Source of the DNA: Eledone cirrhosa
Lineage: Eukaryota
DNA length: 64,000 nt
Assembly: GCA_964016885.1 (NCBI GenBank)
Contig: OZ024745.1
Span: forward strand, 66,836,001-66,900,000
Reading direction: 5' to 3'
In this document: piece after piece, positions 39,080 to 53,700 of the stretch
Numbering within the stretch: the first letter of the stretch is position 1
How the letters are laid out: the number at the start of each line of letters is the position of its first letter
The notes under the pieces: generated by a model
Databases searched by the model: none
What the model saw: only the letters and a program-made list of their open reading frames with translations
Told to the model about the DNA's origin: nothing
Translations under genes and position numbers: made by a program

Positions 39080-40595
39080 TGTGACAGCTATTTGTACAGT
39101 CCCGGTTCGAACACATGGAAAGTCCCCTGTTCAACTGCTGACATGAAACAACTTATTACGGACATTGAAGCAAACCGGAGGACAATTACAAAGCACATAG
39201 ACGGTATGGCACCTTCAGTGCTACGTTATTTATGTGATGTGGAAAGCAGAAATAGACCCTTGAAATTCAAATGATCCCATGATTTTTGTCCTTCGTCGGT
39301 GATATTTACTCAGTCACCTCCATAGTTAAGGAAAGTAATATATGATGTGTATAGATCCAGGCCCTTTCACCGTCGAAGATCCAGAAGTCCCAGTCAAAAT
39401 CGTGTGTCTGGCAACCTTTGCTGGTATCTCGCAGAATTCAACGCACAGGCATCTAAGTCTAGGGCCCCGTGCTCTCACCAGAATACCACCCAGAGAAACG
39501 GGCAGACCAGGGCCTAGCGACAACGATTCGCTCCTGGTACTGAGAAGAAAAGTCGTCTGTTTTTTATCAAACACCAAGCGACAGACATCCGTTACCTCGT
39601 GGACACAGGAGCCGAGGTTAGTGTTATTCCTGTTTCACTCGTCTCGGGCAAAAGACATCCAACACCGTCCTTTCTACAGGCTGTGAACCAATCGTCAATT
39701 CCGACTTTCGGAGAGAAATCACTGACTCTACATTTAGGTCTGAGGCGTCGTTTTCAATGGGTGTTCGTCGTAGCAGACTTGCCTACCCCTATCTTAGGAG
39801 CCGATTTTCTCCACCACTTCAACTTTCTGGTGGACATGAAAAACCGGAGGCTTATTGACACCACCACAAACCTCACTGTGAGAGGTATATTTACCACGCA
39901 ACCCACAGTGAGCCCTGTAATTTGCCAGTCACAGCCTTCGCTTTACAACTGCATTCTCCAGAAATACCCAGACATCACTCGCCCGATATTTAAGGATGGA
40001 CCCATTAAACATAGTGTCACACATCATATCGAAACAAGGGGACGACCTACAGCTGCCCGACCAAGGACCCTGCCGCCAGACCGATTGAGAATCGCCAAAG
40101 AGGAGTTTCAACACATGCTGGACCTCGGAATCATTCGCCCTTCAGCAACTGGTCTGCACCCCTACACATTGTTCCTAAGAAAACAGAGAATGATTGGCGA
40201 CCATGTGGGGATTATCGTGAACTCAACAATTCCACAGTACCCGATAATTACACTGTACCTCACTTGCACGACTTTTCTGCCTCTCTGCAAGGCGCACGCA
40301 TCTTTTAAAAGATAGATTTGGTACTTGCATTTAACCAGATACCTATGGAGACTGCTGATATTCCGAAAACCGCAGTCACTACACCGTTCGGCTTATTTGA
40401 ATTCCTGCGAATGCCGTTCGGTCTGCGTAACGCTGCACAAACTTTTCAGCGGTTTATTGACACCGTGTTACGTGATCTACCCTTTGTATACACGTATATC
40501 GACGACGTGCTAGTAGCAAGTACTTCCGAGCAAGAACACGAGAAGCACTTACATCTTCTTTTCCAACGTTTGGACGAGTACGGTCTTATCACTAC
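39080..40595 (+). mobile_element. Ty3/Gypsy LTR retrotransposon gag-protease-RT remnant
   Basis: Degenerate CWY..F..A...PC knuckle, LVDTGAEVSVIP, ILGADFL, KTAVTTPFGLFEFLRMPFGLRNAAQTFQR, YIDDVLV. Confidence 0.92.
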
Positions 40596-41084
40596 ATAAT
40601 GTTTTCTCTTTGATCACGCATTTCACAAATCGCATCCTCAAAACACTGGTCTTCTTTTTTACGTACACATTCACTCAATAGCTCGAGAATGCCTCGCTAT
40701 TTTCTACCACATGCATTCGCGCAAGACATATGTTTTGGAGCAAACTCTTACTTTTAAGCAACATGCTTACGGCCATTCATTTCACACATTACGGTTATTT
40801 TCACTGCCTTGTTAGACTTTTTGTCACGCAATTCACAGGCAGCTCAACCCAAATGCAACAGGCTCATTCATCACGCCTGCATAAATCTGGTCAAAGTCAT
40901 TTTATAGTTTATCTTTTTCTTCCTAACATATCATCTCTACATCGACTATGTCCTATACTCGATGATCACCAAATTTCACAACGTGCTGGACAACTTGAGC
41001 TATTGTCATGACAAATGAACCACTGGCTCATTACTATACGATATTCCGCTCTTTTGTTGTACAAAAGATATGGCAGGGGGCTAA

Positions 41085-41560
41085 TGTACATCCACCGGAA
41101 ATAATATCTGTGAAATAAACAACTCTATCTATCTGCTTAGCTAGCTATTTCACCGTGAAACAAGCAAACCTTAAGCCACCAAGATGAAACGCCTACGCAG
41201 CGGCTAAACATCAAACGATTATTTTTGTATAGATAGAATGGTTCCAAACACTTTCGCCACACAACCTTTGGCAGAGTCAGCTCACGTGTCGTCGTTCCTA
41301 TCCTCTGCAACGCTTGTCACTCACACACGCCTTGTATCTCTGTATCGTCACTTCAGGTCTGAAAATAAATAGCTGACCGAAACTACATCTCTCGCCTTGC
41401 TCGTACTTTCAACTTCTTCTTTCGTCTGTTCATCCTTACCGTAGGTGACAACAGTCCTTTTAAGGGCTATCCTTAGATCCGATCAGACCGTATGTGATAT
41501 CAGTCCTATTAAGGGCTATTCTCGGATCGGATCAGAAGTAGTGACCAGACCGACTAACCA
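41085..41560 (+). mobile_element. Probable LTR of the Gypsy remnant
   Basis: Purine tract ggcaggggg then TGTACA start; AATAAA at ~41364; 3' boundary uncertain. Confidence 0.5.
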
Positions 41561-41565
41561 CGTCG

Positions 41566-41599
<34 letters not shown>

Positions 41600-41718
41600 T
41601 GAAATTAAGAACCATATCATTTCATATCATTTGTACTGCCTCTCTGTTTTCTGTTCATATAATAAACTACATATATATATATATATACACACATATATAT
41701 GCACATAGACACACATAC

Positions 41719-41792
<74 letters not shown>

Positions 41793-41817
41793 GTATATAT
41801 ATATATATATATATATA

Positions 41818-42298
41818 GTGTTAATGCCAGACGGCTAAGAAGATTCCCTTTTTTCTTTTAAACCCCACTTGACAAAATACCCCCTCCACCTCCTTCCCAC
41901 CCTACCCCTGTCGACACCCATCCTGTAGACACCTGTCTTACAGGCATTGTTAGTCTAAGTGATAAACTAGGATTGGTATTCCAAATATGATTTTGTTTAC
42001 AGTAGTCTTCCTGCCTTTGTTAATACTATAGCTTTAAAGAATTAGCTTTTAATGAACTCCCTTTTCTTTAAATCCTTCAACCAATCACCTCCACCCATCC
42101 CAATCCCCACCCTCTCCTACGACCACAAAGGAAAAGATATAAATATCACTACTTACTTGGACAGCCAGCTCCCTGATGATTCCTCACGAATGAAATAGTT
42201 CTCGTCCTGTAGAAGCTCTTCTATATTAAAACTTTTATACTCAGCTATGTATTGAGTACTTTACTTACTGTGGTTATCTCCGATTCAACCCTGAATAA

Positions 42299-42300
<2 letters not shown>
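41818..42300 (+). mobile_element. ORF-less hammerhead-bearing insert between (TA)n tracts (family G)
   Basis: Bounded by (TA)n on both sides; hammerhead ~85 nt from the 3' end. Confidence 0.6.
42167..42217 (+). ncRNA. Type I hammerhead ribozyme (family G)
   Basis: agctcc-CTGATGA-ttc ctcac gaa t-GAAA-tag..ctg-TA-gaagct. Confidence 0.7.
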
Positions 42301-42326
<26 letters not shown>

Positions 42327-42331
<5 letters not shown>

Positions 42332-42471
42332 CCGTATTTTGACTAAAGAAATTAAAGAAATTATTTAGCCTAAATAATTTCTTTAATTTCTTTAGTCAAA
42401 ATACGGCGATAGCTTACATTTCTAATAATTTCAAACCAACTCGCTGTTTCGAAAATATTCTTTATTCTTAC

Positions 42472-42475
<4 letters not shown>
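42327..42475 (+). mobile_element. Truncated relative of the 13975-14315 element with an 85-bp perfect fold-back
   Basis: 42327-42411 is a palindrome with a 1-nt loop; tail matches the reverse complement of 13980-14055. Confidence 0.75.
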
Positions 42476-42521
<46 letters not shown>

Positions 42522-44309
42522 CGTAGATGGACATGTTTAGTTGCAAGTTTCTGTTTAAAAGATTATACGAGGAAAACCTACATTTTAGACAAAATGTTCG
42601 AAATTGTATTAACCCTTCAGGGTATATTTATTTAAAAGATCATGCTAAAAATCAATAAATTATTTCATTGACCATTTTATACTAACATAAATCAGAAACA
42701 AAAACATAATACTTATATTCCCCGTGATTCGCCAGGTAAAGACGAAGGAGATGTAAGTTGTGCCTTCAAAATATATTTATATGTACTAATTTCTCTTTAG
42801 AAAGCGAATGTAATTTTTAATAAGAATATTGTTATAATTAGATTTCTATTTTGCTTTACATGTTTCATTACTTTACTATTTCTGACATCTTGTGTTTGCA
42901 TTATTGTAAAATCTTATACTTCAACAGCATTCATATCTGCAGTAAGTAGATATCAATATTCCATTCCTACTCCTCAATCGTTTAATATCTTGACAGATAC
43001 ACGAATAAAAAAAATTAATACTATTCATCGAATATAATTCTTATTCAAAGAAGGTAAACCATATTTTATGAATGTATTTGATGAAACGGTAAAACACATA
43101 TAAAATACTAAATTAGGGCTCTTGATTAATCGACTTTAGAATAATCGAAGACTTGCAAAACTGAACAGCTCAAAGACATATGATTATATCACATGCCTTA
43201 CATAAAGCGCAATGTGGCCGATTTATTAACCAAACCCATTTGATTTCATTTATCATCCTTCATAACCACGTGGCGCCATCAATAAAGTGTCCAGTATTTT
43301 GAAAGAGTAACGAGAAATATTATTACATGAAAGGTAATTTAATTCACATTAACAGCCACTATTTAACACCTGACACCATTTCTCGTATATTTACTGGTGT
43401 GTTATACCGGTTATAGAAAATCACATTAACTATTAACCACGTATCTTCGAAACGCTCTTTAGGACATCTTTATATATTCCTTCATATGTTGTAGATATAG
43501 ATTATTTATAAATATATTCCTAGTTTGATTATGACTTTATCTCTATTAAGCATTTCACCAAACGTTGCTCTGCAGAAGATTGTGGAGGATTTGTTAAACT
43601 GAATACTGGAGTATATAATACTGAACTATATAGTGTGTTTTTATCTCCGTTTTATATCTAATACATTTTACGTGTGGAATTAATGAAATAAATGCTCTAT
43701 TATATTAATGGGTTGTTTTTTATCAATATCGTGATTTAGTTTCAATAGTATTTGTTTAGTTATCAAATGAAATTCGTTTTTCATTTGTTACATGAATTAT
43801 ATTTTGTGTATTTTAGATATGAGTGCATTATTGTCGAATTGGTCACTGACAATTGAAAAAGACAACGATATATTTTCTACATATAATGATACATTCGTAA
43901 GCATACGTATGTCAGGCCTTTCCTCACACGCATATTCTCTTATTCTCAATTTTAGTTACGTGTCGTAACGTCTTACACATTTATTTTACAAATATGTAAT
44001 CGTCCTCGTGTTATGTGCAAAATTAGTTGATTTATTCCACAAAATCGGAGGCCCTGGAAGTATTCATACATACTGCACTACCTACCTTGATTCAACGGAA
44101 CAGAGAAGCACCATACTAAAGTCTGTAACAGGATTAGTTACTAAACATTCTGCTACATATACAACAAAAGAAGTAAGTGAGATCAAATCCGAAACCACGT
44201 GTTCGATATGAAAGACAATATTCTCAATTAATATTGCCGTTTTCCTTTTAAAATGTGGTGCAGATGCATCGTCAAATATATCCCGGATATAATACCTCAT
44301 GATTTATGC

Positions 44310-44505
44310 ACAGTGCCTACAATTTTAGGGGAAGGCAAGTCGATTAAATTGATCCCAATGCGTTACTGGTACTTTATTTTCTCGAACCCGTTAACGATGA
44401 AAGGCAAAGCCAACTGCCGAGGCATTTGAATTCAGAGCGTAAAGTTACGTAACTATTTGCTGCAAAACATCTTGTCCGACGCTCTACTGATACTGCTAAA
44501 CCAAC
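44310..44505 (-). mobile_element. tRNA-derived SINE
   Basis: Reverse complement of the family consensus. Confidence 0.8.
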
Positions 44506-44769
44506 TCCCTTCTCCGAATATAACATATATAGGTCGTTTCGATTACTTTATCTGCACATCATATTACATTTATAAATGTGTCAAATAAATTTCACTTATA
44601 TTTGATAGGATTAGAATATTATGAGACACATTATGGCAGGGCTAATTTATTTCAATTTTTACATCACTAATTAATTCATTAATATAAACCATCTCAGTGT
44701 ATAAGTGTTTAAAGTTGCTTCCTAAAATAAGTCCATTAGTAATCAAAATGTTAACAGCTGCAATTTTCA

Positions 44770-44905
44770 TAGCCTTGCAGAGTCGTTAGAAAGTCGGATA
44801 GAAGGCATTGTGGTATTCGTACTCGCCCTCTACTCTCCGAATTCAAATCCCACCGAGATTAGCTTTGCCTTTCACTCTTTGGAAGTCGATAAAAAAAGTA
44901 CTATT
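44770..44905 (+). mobile_element. Degenerate SINE
   Basis: gaattcaaatcccaccgag..ctttgcctttca..gtcgataaaa. Confidence 0.6.
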
Positions 44906-45171
44906 GCATTCTTCCTCTATATCTCTTTCTATCATCCTGTATTCAGACCTGAAGAGGAAATGGGCTCCACTATACTTTAAAATTCCCTAGAAACACTGTA
45001 TGCTAATACGGCGTCCCTACGACTCCGTCATGAGTTACAGGACCATATAATATATGAGTATCACTGTATTCTGATATTTTTCTGCCGATATTTATCTGCA
45101 TGTGAATGAATGATTCATATTTTTATTATTAACAATGTGGATAACTTGTATTTTCCTTGTTTCTTTTTCAG

Positions 45172-45242
45172 TTATTTGAATGCAGATAATATTCAAAGTG
45201 CGGATTCTTCATAACATTAGAAGCCTCGAAAACCTGTCAATC
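45172..45242 (+). pseudogene. Isolated LRR-like exon remnant (71 nt)
   Basis: Strong acceptor (tttctttttcag) and donor (gtaagt); YLNADNIQSADSS../.RSLENLSI fits a 24-aa LRR only with frameshifts. Confidence 0.3.
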
Positions 45243-46084
45243 GTAAGTCGTAATTTAGTTTAATTGCTAATAACCAAATATATCCTATGGCGAAGTATAT
45301 ATGATGTAAATCCAACTGATGCGGAAATACAATTGCCTATATTTTCACTTATGTTTCATTTTCCTAATTGTTCATCCATCAGATTTTCTTTTAAATATCT
45401 CCATTCATAAGCTTGCTCTAGTTATCTGATTCATATAAGTATCGTAAGTATTACAAGCAGCAAGAGAAGCTGACGTCTGTCCACAATACCACTTAATCAT
45501 TCCAACAAAACAAAATTTGAAGTTACGTTATACATTTTTAACAGTACAATATTGTCGCTGTTCCCTTTACTGTTTATACAAGATGTTACGGTTGTGACAC
45601 GTCCCGTCATTATTTAAGCCATTCGTTATCTTGAGCTACGTTATACCAAAGACTTTTTAACATGTTAGTGATGAATGTGACGGAAATGTTGCTGTTTGTT
45701 TTAGCATTTTGGCCGCTTTGAGGTTCCCCTTTGGGCGATATATTATTTCGTAATGTATTTTAAATTAGTAGTATTTTGATATTAGGTTTAGTGTGCTGGA
45801 ACAAGAAATGCGATAACAATATTTCAGTATATATTTGATATCATATTTGGTGGCTTAAAATGTTGATGCCCAACATTCAATACATATTTATGTGTTTTTG
45901 ATCTAGAGAAAAATCAGTGAATCCGACAATTTTTTATGAGTGATATTTATGCTTTGTTTCAAAAAGCTTTCAATAAACATGAGTATTATGTGTGATGTGA
46001 TTATGTTATCTACGCGCATGCGTCATAAGCATAAAATCATAGCTGCAGATTTCAGTGAAAGGAGATTGCCATTGACTAATTTAA

Positions 46085-46260
46085 TGGTTTCTGCTTTAGG
46101 CACAAGGCCACAATTTGGGGGGGAGAGGAAAGTCAATTAAATCGACCCCAGTACATTACTGGTGCTTTATTTTATCAACCCCATAAGGATGTAAGGCAAA
46201 ACTAACCTCGGCGGCATTTGAACTCAGAACGTAAAAGGCCGCAACACTATGCTGCAAACC
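46085..46260 (-). mobile_element. tRNA-derived SINE
   Basis: Reverse complement of the family consensus. Confidence 0.85.
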
Positions 46261-49200
46261 CTTGACTAATATAATGATGCATAAATTTGCACACATATAT
46301 ATAATATTATATTGTATTATGAAATGTTGATTAATCGGCAGTTGATGTGTTTATACCACTCCAATAAGTAAACAATGGTGTATGTTGTGCGCATTAAAAA
46401 ACGCTCATAAATAGAAACAGTCGTATGGTATGGGAGGGAAAGGGCATGCTCATTGCGCTGTCTCATGTCGTATGACCGTACGATAAATTGCGGAGCTTAT
46501 GTTCGACATAATGTAGGCCTTGTTCGTTTTAAAATCCTCAGTCAATATAATATAATGTAACTTCCGTTGTGATAAAATTACTAACAAAAGACGAAAGTTC
46601 CTTAGTTTAGTATTTTGCCTTGCATAATCTAATCCTACAAACATTTGTTTTATTTGATGATTTTTTCAAGCACCTTATACAGATATGCAAAACATACAGT
46701 TTCGTATTTCAGGAAATATTGCCTGAAATGTCTTCATAATAATGCCATTTGAGATATAGCTTAACATTTGACATTATATCGTTTCTCCAAATATTTGCTA
46801 TTATATTTGTTCATTGTCCAGATTATAAATTATTGAGGCTTATGACGAAGCTTGCTAACAATATAAATTTGTCTATAATGAATATCTTTTCAGCTGGTAT
46901 ATCTTGTACAATATATAAAACTCAAGATGGGAAGGAATAAAGGAAACAAACAAGAGAATATAATATAATAGTTATCATTCTTAACGCTCCGTATAATTGC
47001 TTAACTTTAATTCCTTTCGTCATCACCTAATATACTGTCTAAACCTTAATCGATATTGGCCAGCAAGTATTTGATTTTCATCAGTAACTGAGTCACAGTG
47101 CATCAGCTTATACATTAACAATGCACTGATCATTAATGTTCGAATCACGTCAACACATGATCACATGACTCTAAGTTTAGAGTTCATTCCAACTCAGATC
47201 CATACCTATATTTCCCAACAACTGTTACTGATAACACATCGTGTAGCAGCAATAAGTCGTATAAATATTCTAATCATACGTCAACATTTTAATTTGAGCT
47301 ATCGTGTCGTTCGATTTCCCATCAAAACATTTTCAATATTGATTTGCTTCTATCATTCGTTAATCGATTATCTCTAATGGTATTAATGAAATAACTGCAT
47401 AAACTTATATTAAACCTTCTAACCATAAGTATAAGACAGGAAACAGAAACAGTTTCAGTGACGCAAGTAGGTCTGCTGCAGGTTCACTCTTAAATTGTAG
47501 TGTATGTCTAATATTTATATTAATGTTGCAGAAAAAGCCGTATCATATAACAAATATTATACGGCAATGATATAGTTTAAAATGTCATATAATATAGCAA
47601 GACATTGCGTATGCTGTTCATACACGTACTATGTATGTTATGTACAGTGTGCTTTAAGCTGTATCAGTTTGCTCCATGCCTACGCTTAACCATACCTCAT
47701 GAAATGAATAGTTGTTTCCAGTCTATGACATTAACGATACATATGTAAACTTTCGACGCAGGAATTAATGCATTAAAGTCAAAGCAAAATACAATAAATC
47801 TTGGATTATAATTTAAAAGTATCAAGTAAAACGAAATTGTATAATAGCCGATTCGTTTTATAATATGTAATCGTATAAAATATGGACTACGTTTCAGTGA
47901 ATTGTCACTTAAATTTCAAATATGTAGGACAACCAATATTCATGGAACATTATATGAAGCATGTGGAAAATAAAGTCGATAAGAAGGATGGAGACGTAAT
48001 GTATAGAATAATGTTGTGGAAGCGGTAAATTATTAAGGAAATGGGAAAGTATAAATAGATGCAGGTGTCTATGAAATCATTCATATTATGTAGCAACTTT
48101 TCAATATCGACGTAATCAAAGAGTACAATATATCACCAACAGTGTATAGGTAACAGTGCATATAAAGAAACGTGAGTGACATAATGTGAGAGGGAACAGG
48201 AGAGAAAGTTACTCTCTTTCTCTTTCACTGTATACATATATATGTGTATGTGTGTGTGTGTGCATGTGTGTGTGAGTGTGTGTGTGTGTATAAACTATTT
48301 TGAAACTGCAAATACTCAGTTGTTGTAAGTGTTGTGGATGGACGTACATCTATACATATATATAAAACTGTAGTTGTGTGTGTGTGTGTGTATGTCCTCA
48401 TTTTTGCAAAGTCTATACAAATCCACATTTCTACTCCGATTGACTTCAAATTTGCATTTCTATATTCCTTGCGGTCTAAAGATATTAACTGCAGCTTTTA
48501 TCTTTCAATTTTCTGTTGTTAAAGGGGTGTTAGGCGCCGGTTATCGATCTCCGTCGTGCTCTTATAATATCTGTATGTATGTCTGGCTGTCTGCATTACG
48601 GCGTTATGACGTATTATGTTCGCTATTTTCCGTTCATTACCAGGGAAGGTCTTCACGAACCAAAGTATCGTTTTCCTGTTTTCCTTCGGTTGCAACGTTA
48701 TTCGAAATATTTACTTCTGCGTTCACAGATTGATCTTTTTAGTTTCAGAAGATCCCGTTAAGGGTGAAAGCAGCGATACTTTGCTTAAACTTTAATCTGT
48801 TATTTTAATATAAGCGAGGCAAGCCAGCCCAGTTGCCACTTCTTGCCAATAAACATTAACCCATTATGCGCCATTCGTCTAACTGTAGAGCAACAAATAC
48901 CAACTAAACGGAGCGTTGACAAGAACTATGGCGAGTGAATCTTCGAGGTAAGCAGATTCCTCCCGAGCTGTTAGTTCCCGCGGGATTCTCTGCTACACCC
49001 TTTCGTAATAATACCGAACAACGTACTGCTAGCCACTCCTTCCTCCAAAAGCCGTACAAAGCGGACATGTGTATCGGGCAGATGGGTCGCGTACAAATCT
49101 ACACCAGGCCCACGCGAGAAATTCGCAAGGGAGTGCACCGAGAGGGATAGAGAGAAAGAGTAACTTAGTGACAAGAGTGCGAATGAACTTTTGAGGTAAG

Positions 49201-50659
49201 TAGCCTACGCCTTACTGCTATGTCATTGGAACCTTCTGCCAACTTAACCTGTGACTTTCTCTTTCACATTTACTCCAATAGACCAAAACAGAGGAGTATG
49301 AAAAGAAGGGGCTCAACAATATTTCTATAAACAATGCACGTAGACAGCTAATTTCAACTTCTTAATTTTCTCCAAATAAAACAAGTTTTCTGTCGGTATA
49401 TTTTCGTGAGTTTTTAACAGGTACTCACAAATAAACGTTTCTCATTGGAGGTGCTATTACCAATGTTCTTACCCGTGCAACGCCAGGATACACTACTAGT
49501 AGGAAATATATGTATTAGCACGTTATTTCTTGAACGAAAGTCCATACAGTATTTTATTCCATCAGATATCAACGTCGAGCTTACCTCTTTAAATATCATC
49601 AATATCGTATCAAATGCGCATTATAGTAAAATATTACTCGGTTTTCTCGGATCCAAGGTAGAAATAGATGTTAGGTTACTTACGCTCTGTTGACTACACT
49701 GTTATCTTTGTTATTTTTTATTTCTACAATTTAACTAATCGACAGAAATCTTTAAAGATAGGACTCTCTCCTGTTTATTAAGTATTCTTACGCTTTACTT
49801 CCACGCCCGTCCTCATTCAATTGACGTATAATCAAACAGGTTCTACCTTTTATAACCCTGTCTCTATGCATCGAAGATTCCATTGACAAATGCATCCATC
49901 CATCTTGCCACCATGACAATACATTATGCTACGTAGAAAGTTTGGATCCACCAATTTCATTAAACCGAGAAATCGCGCAGAAATTCTCCTTCCTGTTCTT
50001 ATTGTTATCCACTAATCGCTATCACCTTAGGACGCTTTCTAAATCATCACTGTATGATTCAATGAATGAATTTGTAGATTATGATTTTAGGTAGATTTCT
50101 GTCGCTGGAGATGCTAAACATCATAACATATTGACCTTTAACTAAATATTGTGAATAATATGCTTATCTATATCATAAACACAAAGACGTAAGATATGGG
50201 AAATCTATATACGTTATGCTTTATTAATCATTGACAACAAGCATTAGGCTTTCCGCTCTGTTTGCTTAATGAGATTTGAGAGTTCAAGTGTTTATCCAAA
50301 GTTCATTCCCAAATAATCAAGGTAGTTTCAATCTAGTATCATTCTGATCAATTCGCTCACCGGAAAGCTTTTAACTGCTGAAGGTTGTTTATGTATAACA
50401 ATGTAATATATTTAAATGGTATAGTATGGTGGATGTCGTTATAGGAAATGTTCTCATTGTTAATTTCCTGTTTGCTGTTGTCGCATAAAAGCAAGATTCC
50501 TCCAGTAATTGAATATCATCTACCAGGAAGTCTTACCACTCGTTAATTCAAAATTATGTATTTTCCTTCAAGTACTTTATAGCAACAATGGGCATTGTTA
50601 TTTCATAAAATACAAATGCATGTATACGGCTAAAATCTATCTATCTATCACTATACATG

Positions 50660-51005
50660 TACACACACACACACATACACACCACATACACCACACACAC
50701 ACATATATATATACACATATAATATATATATCACATATAATATATATATCATTATATATATATATATGTGTCTTTGCGTATATATATGTATATATGTGTA
50801 TATATCTATATCTATCTCTATATATATATGTATATATGTATTTATATGTGTGGGTATATGTATGTGTGTGTGAATGTGTGTGTGTGTGTGTATTTGTGTG
50901 TATATGTGTATATATCTATATCTATCTATCTATATATATGTATATATGTATTTATATGTGTGTGTATATGTATGTGTGTGTGTATGTGTGTGTGTGTGTG
51001 TATTT
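50660..51005. repeat. Compound CA/TA/TG microsatellite
   Basis: Directly visible. Confidence 0.9.
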
Positions 51006-51347
51006 GTAGTAACCAATAGAAAGTGAATATTATGTTTTACATACTTTGGTAGAAAACTGTGTAATCACGTTACTTGAAGGAACATCACGTTAACAATACA
51101 ATACATAATGAGACCTGCTGCTTCTTTAACAAGGCGCTGATAACACAAACGTAAAAATAGAGATAAAATATATATGCAATAAGAAGCAAAACTATTTGAT
51201 AACATAAAGACAATTTTACATTTCAGTCATATGATTGCTCTGGGTCATCCTTCTTTGCAGGGCGCGTACACACACACACAAGCACACACACAAACGTACA
51301 CACATAATACACACACACACACACACACACACAAACGTACACACATA

Positions 51348-51385
<38 letters not shown>

Positions 51386-52069
51386 GTTTATATGTATATA
51401 TTGACGAGGAATAAAATGTATATATATGTATAAAGAAAACAATGGAATAATTTTCAGTCATGCCTGTGTCTTATTTTATTACTATCTATAAAGAATAAAA
51501 TTCTCTGTTTATAAAATTCAACAGAATTGGACGTATGAAAGCAAATTACTAAAGTTGTAGTATCAAGTTCTTTAGTTGCTAGGTATGTTGAGTTATACAG
51601 GCTAATGCAACGACGAATTACACATCAAAAGGAAATTATTCTTATTATCCATATCTAATATTAAAATTTTCTCACGTTTCGTTCGTATTAATTACAACTC
51701 AATATTTATATCATTTACTTTCTTGAAAAACCAAATGTTTCTTTTATGCCCAGAAATATCATTTCTTTCCCTGAATATAATAAACATGTCAAAATAATAC
51801 ACCACATTGAAATTATTGAATCGATTGCTTTAAATTTCCTGTTTGTATTCCACTGGGACCATTCTGTAAATTCGTAATGAATGAATGAATAAAATATCTT
51901 TGTAGTAGTATCTGAGCAACACAAAACGAGTGAACGACCGCAAATATTTTAGTAATTTCCCCAATTTACAATTTCGCTAGCAATATAAAAAGTGCATGCA
52001 TACATCCATACATACAAAGGCAGGCAGAGAGACATACGTAAGTACGAGCATACATACATACATACATAT

Positions 52070-53016
52070 TGGTTCCCACTTTGAAGGATCCGCTTTTGCA
52101 ATCCAAGAAAAGGGGATTAACACGAAATACCTGATTCACAAAAGAGATAGGGATGCAGGCAAAACACCTAGATGTGATAACAAGTGCAGACTCTGCAGAA
52201 CTAACCACGAGGATATCACCCATGTCATCAGCAGCTATGCAAAGATGTCATCGCGGTACTATCTATCTATCAGGCATGATGTAGTGGCCAAAAGACTGTA
52301 CAATGCAGTTCGTAAAAAAGATAGCTCCGATAATAAACACATTAAAAGCTACAGCAATGTGGAAGACATCCATGTACATAATATGAAAGAGTACTGGTGG
52401 AAAGTTCCAGTAAAAACCCCAATAAAATGCAGGCATAACAGACCAGATATTATGATATGTGACAGGGAGAAGACAGCATACACAGTAGTGAAAATTAGCT
52501 GCCCAGCAGATGCCAATATAATATCAAAGATTAGCGAAAAGGAGAATATTTATGCAGAACTGATGAGAAATCTGCAGATACTCCACCCTGATTACACATT
52601 CAGATTTATGCCTGTGATTATTGGGGCACTGGGGTATGTTAGAAACTGCTTCAATACAAATCTTGAGAAGCTAGGCTTCTCAGGATCAGAAAGAACACAA
52701 CTAGTTAGGAAATTACAAGTACAATCCATTAAAGGAACAGTAAAAATATGTAAAACATTCTAAAAATGTTGCATCTAATAACTGCATATACACATGTACA
52801 AATGCAAAGCATATACACATGCACACATACAACTCAAAACATACACATCCACACATACAATAACATCCATATCTACACATGCATGCATGCAGACATACAT
52901 ACATATCTACCTAGTTGATGTTGTGTAAATTCCAATGAGAGAGTCTTGTGTCTATGTTAGAAACAGACTCTCTCTCTATTGGGGAAAATATTTTGAAATT
53001 ATAAAACCAGAAGAAC
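52070..53016 (+). mobile_element. R4/Dong-like LINE 3' end (RLE domain + 3'UTR) in (CATA)n
   Basis: SHFEG..FAIQE, CRLC..H, RHD, NRPDIM, CKTF* homologous to 3625-4413; (CATA)n on both sides. Confidence 0.9.
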
Positions 53017-53386
53017 ATACATACATGCGTACAAACATACACACATACACACAACCTCACACATACACGGAGTTACTTACTTGCCTACCTACCTATCTAA
53101 ATACATACTTACCTGCATAAATGTATATGTATGATGACTGCATCTCGATTTCGAGTAACGTCATCACTTGATACTTAAGAATGAACATCACGGTGTGGCT
53201 TTTAATCCTGCTAGGGACTTACCTATGCCCAACAATTCCATGCATCGCAAACAAATGTTACATATCAAGCGATGCCTGTGCTTGAAACTTTGTTAAGTGG
53301 GTAAAGGTTTTGCACTGGGCCAATCTCGACCATGCCCAGCTTGTACTGGGTTACATGTGTCCAGTAACACTAAAGAGCGACCTGAC

Positions 53387-53700
<314 letters not shown>

